Under the pieces are notes generated by a model. It made no database searches. It was not told where the DNA came from and was given only the letters and a program-made list of their open reading frames with translations. Shown here piece by piece: positions 52,548 to 61,738 of a DNA stretch of 64,000 nt (the first letter of the stretch is position 1; the number at the start of each line of letters is the position of its first letter). Source of the DNA: Alphaproteobacteria bacterium (GTDB lineage Bacteria; Pseudomonadota; Alphaproteobacteria; UBA828); NCBI GenBank assembly GCA_965221125.1, contig CBDCRW010000005.1:416001-480000 (forward strand). The letters run 5' to 3'. A program made the position numbers and the translations under genes.

Positions 52548-53639
52548 TCAAACGCCGGCAGGCAGAGGGCGATTCGTCGAGGAACCCGGACCGTCAATGT
52601 TTGCGGAACCCCGTTCGGCACTGGCCGCGAGCGCGGTCACGGCCTGATCGATGAGGTCGGCAATGATCTCGCCCGTCGGCTGCTCCGCCCTCACCATACC
52701 GACGCTCTGACCCGCCATCAGGGAGCCGTTCTCGATATCGCCCTCGATGGCGGCACGCCTGAGCGCGCCGGCCCAGAAGTGCTCTATGGCGAGGCGCGCG
52801 TCCGCCAGCTCGACCTCTCCCTGGCGATAGCGCGCGATGGTCTCCCGCTGAAACGCCTCGAAGCGCTCGGACGCCCTGTTGGCCACGGCGCGCACCGGGA
52901 TGACGGGAAAATCGGGGTCGATCTGCACCGAGAGCCGCGCATCGCGCGCATTCGCCCGGATCATCGCCTGCTTGAACTTCGGATGGGCGATCGATTCCGT
53001 CGCGCAGACGAAGCGCGTTCCCAGCTGGCAGCCGGCGGCCCCCATGGCCAGGTAGAGGGCCATCGCGTCGCCCCGCCCGATCCCGCCGCCGACGAAGACC
53101 GGCACCTCGTCGAAATGAGGCAGCACCTCCTGGGCGAGTACGTTGGTGGACACGGGCCCGATGTGCCCGCCCGCCTCCATGCCCTCGATGATGAGCGCGT
53201 CGATGCCCTGCTTCGCGAGCCTGCGGGCGAGCGGCAGCGTCGGCGCGAAGGCGACGACGCGGGTGCCGGCCTCCTTCAGGGTCTCGACCGTGCGCTTGGG
53301 CGGCATCCCGCCGGCCAGCACCACGTGGCCGACGCGGCGCTCGACGCAGGTCGCAACGAGGGCATCCAGCTCCGGGTGCATGACGATGATGTTGACGCCA
53401 AAGGGCTTGTCGCAACGCTCGTAGACGCCGTCGATCTCTGCCGCGAGCTGGTCGGGCGCGAGCGAGCCGCAGGCGACGACGCCGAAGCCGCCTGCGTTGG
53501 AGATGGCGGCCACCAGGTTCCGCTCGGAAACCCACGACATGGCGCCGCCCATGATCGCGTAGCGCGTGCCGAGGAAGGCCCGCCCCCGCGCCCAGTAGGC
53601 ATCGAGCCGGCGCCGCGCGCTTTCATGCGCCTCAGTCAT
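52548..53639 (-). CDS. Nitronate monooxygenase/FabK-family flavin oxidoreductase
   Basis: IMGGAMSWVS, PFGVN, EGMEAGGHIG, GGGIG, QLGTRF, LMAGQSVG. Confidence 0.88.
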   Translation of the reverse strand: MTEAHESARRRLDAYWARGRAFLGTRYAIMGGAMSWVSERNLVAAISNAGGFGVVACGSLAPDQLAAEIDGVYERCDKPFGVNIIVMHPELDALVATCVERRVGHVVLAGGMPPKRTVETLKEAGTRVVAFAPTLPLARRLAKQGIDALIIEGMEAGGHIGPVSTNVLAQEVLPHFDEVPVFVGGGIGRGDAMALYLAMGAAGCQLGTRFVCATESIAHPKFKQAMIRANARDARLSVQIDPDFPVIPVRAVANRASERFEAFQRETIARYRQGEVELADARLAIEHFWAGALRRAAIEGDIENGSLMAGQSVGMVRAEQPTGEIIADLIDQAVTALAASAERGSANIDGPGSSTNRPLPAGV

Positions 53640-53660
53640 TTGCCGGGCCCGCAACGGGGC

Positions 53661-54878
53661 TCAAGGGTCGTCGAGCCCGTAGGCCGCGTGAAGGGCGCGG
53701 ACGGCGAGCTCGGTATAGTCTTCCGCAACCAGCACGCTGATCTTGATCTCCGACGTCGAGATTACCTGGATGTTGATGCCCTTGCCGGCGAGCGCGGCGA
53801 ACATGGTCTGCGCCACACCGGCGTGGCTGCGCATGCCGACGCCGATCACCGAGACCTTGACCACGCCCCGATCCGCCACCAGCCGCTCGTATGCGACGGC
53901 GCTCCGCGCCTCTTCGAGGATGGCGATGGAGCGGTCGAGGTCGGCCTCCGTCACCGTAAACGTGAGGTCGGTCGTGCCGTCGGCGGAGATGTTCTGCACG
54001 ATCATGTCGACGTTGACGTTGCCGTCCGCCAGGGGCCCGAAGATGCGCGCCGCGACGCCGGGGCGGTCGGCCACGCCCATCACCGTGATCTTCGCCTCGT
54101 CCCTGCTGTAGGCGATCCCGCTGACTCGCTCCTGTTCCACGATGTCGTCCTCATCGACCACGAATGTTCCGGGGGCATCGGTAAAGCTGGACGCGACCTG
54201 AAGCGGCACCTGGTGCTTCATCGCCATTTCGACGGCGCGAATCTGCAAGACCTTGGCGCCGAGGGAGGCGAGTTCCAGCATTTCCTCGTAGGTGATCTTA
54301 TTCAGCTTGCGCGCCGTCGCAACGATGCGCGGATCGGCGGTGAACACGCCTTCCACGTCGGTGAAGATGTCGCAGCGGTCGGCGCCCAGCGCTGCGGCCA
54401 GCGCCACCGCCGAGGTATCGGTGCCGCCCCGGCCGAGCGTCGTGATCCGGCCGAGGGGGCCTAAGCCCTGAAAGCCGGCGACGACCGGCACCTCGCGCCG
54501 CTCGATGCGCCGCTGCAGCTCTTCCGTCTCGATGCTCTCGATCCTGGCGCGGCCGTGGCCGCCGTCCGTGCGGATCGGGATCTGCCACCCGAGCCAGGAG
54601 CGCGCCGTGACGCCCCGGCTTTGCAGCGCCAGCGCCAGCAGGCCGGATGTGATCTGCTCGCCCGCCGCCGCCACGGTGTCGTATTCCCGCGCATCGTGGA
54701 GCGCCGCCGCCGCCCGCACCCACTTGACCAGCTGGTCGGTCGTCCCGGCCATGGCGGAGACCACGACGGCGACGCTGTCCCCGGCATCGCTCGCCGCCTT
54801 CACGCGGTCGGCAACGACGTTGATGCGGTCGAGGTCGGCCAGCGACGTGCCGCCGTATTTGTGGACGATGAGAGCCAT
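53661..54878 (-). CDS. lysC: Aspartate kinase
   Basis: KYGGTS, VVVSAM, TTLGRGGTDTSA, TDVEGVFTADP, two ACT domains. Confidence 0.96.
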   Translation of the reverse strand: MALIVHKYGGTSLADLDRINVVADRVKAASDAGDSVAVVVSAMAGTTDQLVKWVRAAAALHDAREYDTVAAAGEQITSGLLALALQSRGVTARSWLGWQIPIRTDGGHGRARIESIETEELQRRIERREVPVVAGFQGLGPLGRITTLGRGGTDTSAVALAAALGADRCDIFTDVEGVFTADPRIVATARKLNKITYEEMLELASLGAKVLQIRAVEMAMKHQVPLQVASSFTDAPGTFVVDEDDIVEQERVSGIAYSRDEAKITVMGVADRPGVAARIFGPLADGNVNVDMIVQNISADGTTDLTFTVTEADLDRSIAILEEARSAVAYERLVADRGVVKVSVIGVGMRSHAGVAQTMFAALAGKGINIQVISTSEIKISVLVAEDYTELAVRALHAAYGLDDP

Positions 54879-54911
54879 CGGGTGGGGTGCGCCCGCGCCG
54901 GAGAGGCGACG

Positions 54912-54939
54912 CTTGCCGGTCGTGGAGACGCCCCTACAT
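54912..54939 (+). promoter_or_regulatory. Possible RpoH-type promoter upstream of ubiG
   Basis: CTTG-N17-CCTACAT, close to the alphaproteobacterial CTTG-N17-CCTATAT consensus. Confidence 0.4.
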
Positions 54940-54994
54940 ACTGGCTGCACCCCGGCCGCGCAAGCAGGCGGCCGGGCTAACGGAGAGCGCGCCC

Positions 54995-55816
54995 ATGGCC
55001 GCAGACGAGCAAGAGCGGCAATCGCCCGAGGCCGCGGCGCCCGACGGGGCGGCTGGCGCCGGCACCGACCCCAGCGTGGATCCGGCGGAGGTCGCGCGCT
55101 TCGCCGCCCTCGCCGAGCGCTGGTGGGACCGCCACGGCGCCTTCCGCGCGCTGCATGCGCTGAACCCGGTCCGCATCGCCTACGTGCGGGATGCGCTCGT
55201 GGCCGGGAGAGAGCCTGCTCCGTCCTCCGACGGTTCTGCGGCGCTGAAGCCGCTTGCCGGCCTCCGGCTGCTCGACGTCGGCTGCGGCGGCGGCCTGATG
55301 GCCGAGCCGCTCTGCCGTCTGGGCGCGGACGTGGTCGCCATCGACGCGGCGGAGGCCAACGTCCGCGCGGCCCGCCTGCACGCCGAGGAGCAGGGGCTCG
55401 CCGTCGACTACCGCCACGCCACGGCGGAGGCGCTGGCCGCCGCCGGCGAGCGCTTCGATGCGGTTCTGGCCCTCGAAATCGTCGAGCACGTGGCCGATCT
55501 CGACGCCTTCGCCGGCGCGTGTGCGGATCTCGTGAAACCGGGCGGCACGTTCGTCGTGGCGACGCTCAACCGCACGCTCGCGGCCTATGCATTGGCCATC
55601 GTCGCGGGGGAGCGGATTCTCGGCTGGTTGCCCGCCGGCACCCATGACTGGTCGCGCTTCGTCCGCCCGGCGGAGATGGTGCGCCTGCTGCGCCGCCACG
55701 GTCTCGCCGTCGCCGACATGCAGGGCATGGTCTTCAACCCGCTCGCCGGCGGCTGGACCACGAGCCCCAACCTCGCCGTGAACTACATCGTGCACGCGAG
55801 GAAGCCTCCCGCCTGA
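54995..55816 (+). CDS. ubiG: Ubiquinone biosynthesis O-methyltransferase
   Basis: SVDPAEVARF..WWD, LHALNPVR, LDVGCGGG, LEIVEHV, GTHDW. Confidence 0.94.
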   Translation: MAADEQERQSPEAAAPDGAAGAGTDPSVDPAEVARFAALAERWWDRHGAFRALHALNPVRIAYVRDALVAGREPAPSSDGSAALKPLAGLRLLDVGCGGGLMAEPLCRLGADVVAIDAAEANVRAARLHAEEQGLAVDYRHATAEALAAAGERFDAVLALEIVEHVADLDAFAGACADLVKPGGTFVVATLNRTLAAYALAIVAGERILGWLPAGTHDWSRFVRPAEMVRLLRRHGLAVADMQGMVFNPLAGGWTTSPNLAVNYIVHARKPPA

Positions 55817-55848
55817 GCAGGGTGGCTACACCGGGGCGGCTTGAGAAC

Positions 55849-56027
55849 TCGAGCGCGTCCGTCTTTGACGGGCGCGCGACAGGCCGCGACCGCGGCCCGC
55901 CGCGAATGCGGCGCGCCCGCGCAGGCACCGGCCGGTCGCGCCGGTAGGCGCGCGCAAGCGCAGAACGGCCGGCTGCCGTGAGCGATAAAGGCATAGAGCG
56001 TTTCCGCGCAAAAGCGGAAACGCTCTA
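55849..56027 (+). repeat. Dispersed palindromic repeat family A, expanded copy ending in the DUF1178 stop
   Basis: Family A termini; shares the nested-hairpin insertion with the 24922 copy. Confidence 0.9.
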
Positions 56028-56474
56028 TGCGTCGTGGCGGGGGACCCAGGGGACCTCGCCGACCTCGATCCCCTCGTCGGCGAGATCGCTGACCTCTTCC
56101 TTGGTCGCGTCGCCGTAGATGCTGCGCTTCTCGGTCTCGCCGTAGTGGATCTTGCGCGCCTCCTCGGGGAAGCGCCCGCCCACGTGGTCGAAGTTCTGCT
56201 CGATGTAGCTCCGCATCCGCCGCAGCGTGCCGATGGCGCGCGCCATCTCCGGCGGTGTCGGCTTGCGCGCGGGCGCCGGCGCAGGCTCGGGCTCGCCCCG
56301 CGCCTTGTTGCCCACCGCGATGTTGGGCGCCATCGGCGCCTTGGCGATCTTGGCGTCGCCGCAGTAGGGGCATTCGATCTCGCGCGCCTTCGCCTGCCGC
56401 TCGTAGGTCGCGGAATCGGCGAAGTAGCCCTCGAACACGTGGTCCTTGCCGCACTTGAGGTCGAAGACGATCAT
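56025..56474 (-). CDS. DUF1178-family zinc-ribbon protein
   Basis: MIVFDLKC..HVFEGYF, CPYCG, KAPMAP, VGGRFPEEARKIHYGE. Confidence 0.9.
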   Translation of the reverse strand: MIVFDLKCGKDHVFEGYFADSATYERQAKAREIECPYCGDAKIAKAPMAPNIAVGNKARGEPEPAPAPARKPTPPEMARAIGTLRRMRSYIEQNFDHVGGRFPEEARKIHYGETEKRSIYGDATKEEVSDLADEGIEVGEVPWVPRHDA

Positions 56475-56571
56475 GGGAACTGCGCCCGGCGCGCTGTCAC
56501 GGTCACCGCAATCTAGCATAGAAGCCCGGAATCCATACGCAAACTCCCTTCGCTTCCCAGCCGGCTCCGCC

Positions 56572-57102
56572 ATGCACCGTCATCGCTCACGCGTCCCCTC
56601 TCCCTGGATCACCCGCCATGCCGGGCTGATCGCCGCCGGCGCCCGTGTCCTCGACCTCGCCTGCGGCGGCGGCAGGCACACCCGCTACCTGCGGGGCCGG
56701 GGCCTCAGGGTGACGGCCATCGACATCGACACGTCGGGCCTTGCCGATCTCGCGGGCGATCCCTTGGTCGAGATCGTCGAGACGGACCTGGAGCGGCCCG
56801 GCACGGCGCCGCTCGCAGGGCGCCGCTTCGATGCGGTGGTGGTGACGGACTACCTGTTCCGCCCGCTGCTGGTCCCGCTCGTCGACTGCCTGGAGCCGGG
56901 CGGGATCCTCCTCTACGAGACCTTCGCGCGCGGCAACGAGCGCTTCGGCCGCCCCCGCAACCCGGACTTTCTGCTACGGCGCGGCGAGCTGCTGGCGCTC
57001 GCCGAAGGCCGGCTCACGGTCATCGCCTACGAGCACCGCGCCATTCCGCCGCCTGCGCCGAAGATCGTCCAGCGCCTCTGCGCCCGGAAGCCCGCGGAGT
57101 AG
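56572..57102 (+). CDS. Class I SAM-dependent methyltransferase (TehB-like)
   Basis: PSPWI, VLDLACGGGRH, YLFRPL, LLYETF, GRPRNPDFLL. Confidence 0.85.
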   Translation: MHRHRSRVPSPWITRHAGLIAAGARVLDLACGGGRHTRYLRGRGLRVTAIDIDTSGLADLAGDPLVEIVETDLERPGTAPLAGRRFDAVVVTDYLFRPLLVPLVDCLEPGGILLYETFARGNERFGRPRNPDFLLRRGELLALAEGRLTVIAYEHRAIPPPAPKIVQRLCARKPAE

Positions 57103-57165
57103 CGGACGGGAAAAGACCCGGATCGCGCGCCCGCCGTCTGAGGAATCAGAAAAAGTTCGCCGGCT

Positions 57166-58020
57166 TCAACCCGCAGCGCGGCGCGGCTCCTCCTCGGCGG
57201 GTGGCAGGAAGGCGCGGTCGTGCGCCAGCGCCGGGATCGCGGCGCGGGCCTTGTCGATGCGCGATAGCTCCAGATCGGCCACTGCGATGCCCACGCCCTC
57301 GCCGCCGTCGGCCAGCACCTCGCCCCAGGGATCGACGATGAGCGAGTGACCGTAGGTCTTGCGATCGCCCGAGTGGCTGCCCCACATGCAGGGCGCGATG
57401 ACGAAGCAGCCGGTCTCGATGGCGCGCGCACGCATCAGCACGTGCCAGTGCGCCTCGCCGGTGTGCTTGGTGAAGGCCGCCGGCACCGCGATCAGCCGCG
57501 CGCCCGCGTGCGCCAGCGCCCGGTAGAGCTGGGGGAAGCGCAGGTCGTAGCAGACGGTCATGCCGAGGCCGCCCCAGGGCGTCTCCGCCACCACGGCCTG
57601 GCCGCCGGGGCGGAAGGCCTCGCTCTCGCGGTAGCGCTCGCCCGTGGGCAGGTCCACGTCGAACATGTGGATCTTGTCGTAGGTCGCGACGATCCGGCCC
57701 GCCGGGTCGATCAGGACCGAGCGATTGGCGATGCGCCCGCCGCCGGCATCTGCCGCCATCGAGCCCGCAAGCAGCCAGACCTGCGTCTCTTCCGCGAGCG
57801 CGCTGAAGAAGCGGGCCGCCGGGTGGGCGTCGAGCGCGGCTGCGCTCGCCTGCACCAGCGCCGTGCGGTGCTCCATGAGCGCGACGTTCTCAGGCAGCGC
57901 CACCAGCTCCGCGCCGGCGGCGCAGGCCTCGCGCACGAGCGCGGCGGCAGCCTCGAGGTTGGCCTGCTGGTCCTGGCCGCTCGAGGGCTGAACGCAGGCG
58001 GCACGAAGGGTCTCGGTCAT
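57166..58020 (-). CDS. Carbon-nitrogen hydrolase (Nit1-like deaminated-glutathione amidase family)
   Basis: Catalytic triad motifs LPEN, YDKIHMFDV, VCYDLRFP; RARAIETGC, TYGHSLIVDPWG. Confidence 0.92.
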   Translation of the reverse strand: MTETLRAACVQPSSGQDQQANLEAAAALVREACAAGAELVALPENVALMEHRTALVQASAAALDAHPAARFFSALAEETQVWLLAGSMAADAGGGRIANRSVLIDPAGRIVATYDKIHMFDVDLPTGERYRESEAFRPGGQAVVAETPWGGLGMTVCYDLRFPQLYRALAHAGARLIAVPAAFTKHTGEAHWHVLMRARAIETGCFVIAPCMWGSHSGDRKTYGHSLIVDPWGEVLADGGEGVGIAVADLELSRIDKARAAIPALAHDRAFLPPAEEEPRRAAG

Positions 58021-58051
58021 GGCTTCCCCCAAGGCTCGGTGCAGGCCGGCA

Positions 58052-58810
58052 TCATGGACGGCCCGGCACGACGCGCGCAAGCGTCGCGACGTCGACCCGC
58101 GCGGCGCCCGCCTTGCGCAGCGCACGCGCGCAGGCCGAGACGGTGGCCCCGGTCGTCAGCACGTCATCCACCAGCAGGACGCTGCGCCCGGCCACGAGAT
58201 GCGCGCGAGAGGGCCGCACCGCGAACGCGCCCCGCACGTTGCGCCGCCGGGCGGCTCCGGAGAGCCGGGTCTGGGGCGGCGTGCGACGGGTCCGCACCAG
58301 CAGGTCCGGCACCGCCACGGCATTCGCCTCGCGCGCCATGAGCCCGGCGAGCACAGCCGCCTGGTTGAAGCGACGTGCGAGCAGCCGCCAGCGATGGAGC
58401 GGCACCGGCACCACCAGATCGGCATCCGGCAGGAGCGGCGCTGCCGCGCGGTGCAGCCACGCCGCGAGCCTGGGTGCCACCCACGAGCGGTCGGCCATCT
58501 TGAAGGCGAGGATCAGCTCGCGCCCCGCTCCCTCGTAGAGGAACGCCGCGCGCGCCCGGTCGTAGGCCGGCGGCGTCCGGGCGCAATCGCCGCAGACCGC
58601 GTCGGGAGCCGCCTCGATGGCGAAAGGAAGGCCGCAGCGGGCGCAGCAGGGCCGGCCGATGAAGGAGACCCGGTTCCAGCAGTCGGGGCAGAGCGCGCCG
58701 GAATCGCCCACGGGCGCATTGCATACGAGGCAGGAGGGCGGCAGCACGACATCGACGGCACCCACCGCAGCCGCGCGCCCCATCGCCGCCATTCGTGCTC
58801 CACTTGCCAT
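58052..58810 (-). CDS. comF: ComF-family protein (zinc ribbon plus phosphoribosyltransferase domain)
   Basis: CLVC..LCPDC, CARCG..CGDC, VPVPLH, RFNQA, LLVDDVLTTGAT. Confidence 0.9.
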   Translation of the reverse strand: MASGARMAAMGRAAAVGAVDVVLPPSCLVCNAPVGDSGALCPDCWNRVSFIGRPCCARCGLPFAIEAAPDAVCGDCARTPPAYDRARAAFLYEGAGRELILAFKMADRSWVAPRLAAWLHRAAAPLLPDADLVVPVPLHRWRLLARRFNQAAVLAGLMAREANAVAVPDLLVRTRRTPPQTRLSGAARRRNVRGAFAVRPSRAHLVAGRSVLLVDDVLTTGATVSACARALRKAGAARVDVATLARVVPGRP

Positions 58811-58872
58811 GCTCTGCATATCGCGCGCGCCCGTGCTTCCCGCTTCCCCGCCATCATGCCATAACCGCCGCC

Positions 58873-59778
58873 ATGGCCCAGCGCCCGCCCATGCCCGACG
58901 GCGCCGCGGTCTTCGACCGCAGAGCCGTGCGCCTGCACCGCGACCGTGCCGCCGCCGGCTTCGCGGGGCGCGGGGACTTCCTGGTCCGCGAGGTGGGCGA
59001 GCGGCTGGTGGGCCGGCTCGACGACGTGAAGCGGCGCTTCGCCCGCGTGCTCGACCTCGGCTGCCACGGCGGCCAGCTCGGGCCGACGCTGCGCGAACGG
59101 ACGACACCTGAGCTGCTGGTCGAAGCCGATCTTTCGCAGGCCATGGTGCAGCGGGCCGGGGGTCCGTCGCGTCTCGTCGCCGACGAGGAGTGGTTGCCGC
59201 TCCGCCCCGCCTCGCTCGATCTCGTGGTGAGCGCGCTCAGCCTGCACTGGGTGAACGACCTGCCGGGCGCGCTCGTGCAGATCAGGCAGGCGCTAAGGCC
59301 CGACGGGCTGCTGCTCGCGGCGATGCTGGGCGGCGAGACCCTGTTCGAGCTGCGCGAGGCGTTCCTGCAGGCGGAAGCGGGCCACGAGGGCGGCGTGCGC
59401 CCCCACGTCTCGCCCTTTCCCGACGTTCAGACGCTGGGCGCCCTGCTGCAGCGCACGGGCTTCGCGCTGCCGGTGGTCGACAGCGACCGCATCACGGTCA
59501 TCTACGAGAGCGCGGACGCGCTCATGCACGATCTGCGCGCCATGGGCGAAGCCAACGCCACCCGGGGGCGCGCCCGGCACTTCGCCCGACGCGAGACGCT
59601 CCGCGCGCTGGAAGCCCGCTACCGGGAGAGCTTCGGCCACGCGGACGGGCGTATCCCGGCGACCTTCCAGGTGCTCTACCTCACCGGCTGGAAGCCGCAC
59701 GACTCCCAGCAGCAGCCCGCGCGCCGCGGCAGCGGGACCGTGCGCCTGTCGGACGTACTCGAGTCCGACCCGTCCTAG
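58873..59778 (+). CDS. SAM-dependent methyltransferase (NDUFAF5/BioC-like)
   Basis: FDRRAVRLHRDRA, LDLGCHGG, DEEWLP, LHWVNDLPG, FALPVVD, DLRAMGEAN; divergent from comF, as usual. Confidence 0.88.
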   Translation: MAQRPPMPDGAAVFDRRAVRLHRDRAAAGFAGRGDFLVREVGERLVGRLDDVKRRFARVLDLGCHGGQLGPTLRERTTPELLVEADLSQAMVQRAGGPSRLVADEEWLPLRPASLDLVVSALSLHWVNDLPGALVQIRQALRPDGLLLAAMLGGETLFELREAFLQAEAGHEGGVRPHVSPFPDVQTLGALLQRTGFALPVVDSDRITVIYESADALMHDLRAMGEANATRGRARHFARRETLRALEARYRESFGHADGRIPATFQVLYLTGWKPHDSQQQPARRGSGTVRLSDVLESDPS

Positions 59779-60437
59779 CCCGTCTGGTCGATGGGGCCGA
59801 TCACGCGCTCGATCGCATCGGCCGTCACGACGCCGGCGCGGAGCAGGCGAGGGGTCGCCCCGGTGAGGTCGAGCAGTGTCGAGGCGAGGCTGCCGTCGGC
59901 CCGCCCGCCGTCGATCACCAGTGCCACGTGCGCCCCGAGGCCCGCCACGACCTCGGCCGCCGTCAGGGGGCTCGGCGCGCCCGAGGGGTTCGCGCTCGGC
60001 GCCGTCAGCGGCCGCTGGGCAGCCTCCACCACCGCGCGCGCGGTCTCGTTGCCGGGGATGCGGAGCGACACGCCCGGCGCCCCCTGGTGGACCAGCGGCG
60101 AGAGCGGGGAGGTCGCGGCGCGGGGCAGCACGAGGGTCAGCGGGCCGGGCCAAAAGGCTTGGGCAAGCGCGCGGGCGGGCGCGGAGAAGTCCGCGCAGCC
60201 TTCCGCCATCGCTTGTGTCGCCACCAGGGCGATGAGCGGCTTGTCCGGCGGGCGCCCCTTGGCGCGAAAGACGCCGGCCACGGCGTCGTCACGGGTCGCA
60301 TCGGCGGCGAGGCCGTAGACCGTATCCGTGGGCAGGCCGACCAGCTCGCCCTCGCGGATCACCTGCGCGGCCTGCGCGATGGTCTCCGGGGTCGGCGCCA
60401 GACAGGGCGGCACGCCCGGAGTGCCGAAGTCCGCCAC
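59775..60437 (-). CDS. tsaC: L-threonylcarbamoyladenylate synthase (TsaC/YrdC, no SUA5 C-terminal domain)
   Basis: PTDTVYGL, KGRPPDKPL, FWPGPLTL, APSANPSG, STLLD. Confidence 0.9.
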   Translation of the reverse strand: MADFGTPGVPPCLAPTPETIAQAAQVIREGELVGLPTDTVYGLAADATRDDAVAGVFRAKGRPPDKPLIALVATQAMAEGCADFSAPARALAQAFWPGPLTLVLPRAATSPLSPLVHQGAPGVSLRIPGNETARAVVEAAQRPLTAPSANPSGAPSPLTAAEVVAGLGAHVALVIDGGRADGSLASTLLDLTGATPRLLRAGVVTADAIERVIGPIDQTG

Positions 60438-60442
60438 GTGCC

Positions 60443-61225
60443 CTAGTCCGCCCCGCAGGCGACGAAGGGCGGGTTGACGAACCCCGCCTTGCCGTAGCGA
60501 AGCGCGCGCCCATCCAGATCGCGCACGTGGCCGCCTGCTGCCTCCAAGATCGCCTGACCCGCCGCCGTGTCCCACTCCATGGTCCGGCCGAAACGCGGGT
60601 AGAGATCGGCCTCGCCCCGCGCGAGCAGGCCGAACTTGAGGGCGCTGCCGGCGCTTGCGGTCCGCGACGGCCGCAGCGCCGCGATATAGGCATCGGTCTC
60701 GGCGTCGCGGTGCGAGCGACTGGCGATCACGGCAGGGCGCGCCGCCGGCACCTGCCCCGCGCGCATCGGCTGCGGCGGCCCATCGCCCACGAAGCGCACC
60801 GCGCCCCCCTGCCCGTCGGCAACGTAGGTCTCGTCCTCGGCCGGCGCGTGGAGCACGCCCAGCACCGGGCGGCCCGCCTCGATCAACGCGATATTGACCG
60901 TGAACTCGCCGGTGCGTCCTATGAACTCCCTGGTCCCGTCGAGGGGGTCCACCAGCCAGAAGCGCAGCCCGGCCGGCGGCGCGGTGTTTCGGGCGTCCGT
61001 GCTCTCCTCCGAGACGACGGGGATGCGCGGGTCGGCGGCTTGCAGGCCGGCGACGATGAGCCGGTCTGCCGCCCGGTCCGCCTCGGTCACGGGCGAGCGG
61101 TCCTCCTTCGTCTCCACCGCCGTGCCGTCGCGGTAGAAGGCCATGATGGTCCACCCGGCCTCCTGCGCGAGACGCCGGGCCGCAGCCGCCAACTGCGCCA
61201 ATTCCTCTCTGCTGGTGCCGCTCAT
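60443..61225 (-). CDS. cysQ: 3'(2'),5'-bisphosphate nucleotidase
   Basis: KEDRSPVTEAD, VVSEE, LVDPLDGTREF, EFTVNIAL, ASRSH, MEWDTAAG. Confidence 0.94.
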   Translation of the reverse strand: MSGTSREELAQLAAAARRLAQEAGWTIMAFYRDGTAVETKEDRSPVTEADRAADRLIVAGLQAADPRIPVVSEESTDARNTAPPAGLRFWLVDPLDGTREFIGRTGEFTVNIALIEAGRPVLGVLHAPAEDETYVADGQGGAVRFVGDGPPQPMRAGQVPAARPAVIASRSHRDAETDAYIAALRPSRTASAGSALKFGLLARGEADLYPRFGRTMEWDTAAGQAILEAAGGHVRDLDGRALRYGKAGFVNPPFVACGAD

Positions 61226-61396
61226 CGACCGTCCCGCGTGTTCAAATTACCGTCAACGAGGCGAAATCGCTTTGCCGCGCTGCGGATATACACCAGAATG
61301 ACCTAGGTTTCGCGGAGCGCGATCCACCGAGACGGTGGTGCGAAACCCCTATTCCAAGCAACTCAAGAACGCGCCTGCGAGGAGGAGATACCGAGG

Positions 61397-61630
61397 ATGA
61401 TTAAGGAAACTGTGGTCGCCGTGAGTATCGTCACCATGGCGGCCGGCGCCGCACTTGCGCCGTCGGCCGTATCCGCCGACGATCAGCCGATCGTCGTCGC
61501 CGATTCTCACGATGATCCGTGCAACCCGTGCGCGGCCTGCAACCCGTGTGCCGCGGATGAAGAAGATCCGTGCAACCCCTGCGCCGCCTGCAATCCCTGC
61601 GGCGCCTGCAACCCCTGCGCTGCCGAGTAA
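61397..61630 (+). CDS. Small exported Cys-rich peptide with five CNPC repeats
   Basis: Strong [12 protein letters not shown]; N-terminal signal-like segment; core [38 protein letters not shown] (10 Cys); repeat units differ mainly at third codon positions. Confidence 0.85.
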   Translation: MIKETVVAVSIVTMAAGAALAPSAVSADDQPIVVADSHDDPCNPCAACNPCAADEEDPCNPCAACNPCGACNPCAAE

Positions 61631-61656
61631 GCTCGGAAGTAGCTGCGACCTTACCC

Positions 61657-61689
61657 GAGGGCGCCGCCTCAGGAGAGGCGGCGTTCTTG
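61657..61689 (+). terminator. Probable intrinsic terminator after the CNPC peptide gene
   Basis: Stem gcgccgcctc / gaggcggcgt with a 4-nt loop, followed by tctt; lies between convergent genes. Confidence 0.55.
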
Positions 61690-61738
61690 CATCGGGAATC
61701 GGTGCTGTACGGGCCGGCCGGGCGTCGGCGGGCGTCCC

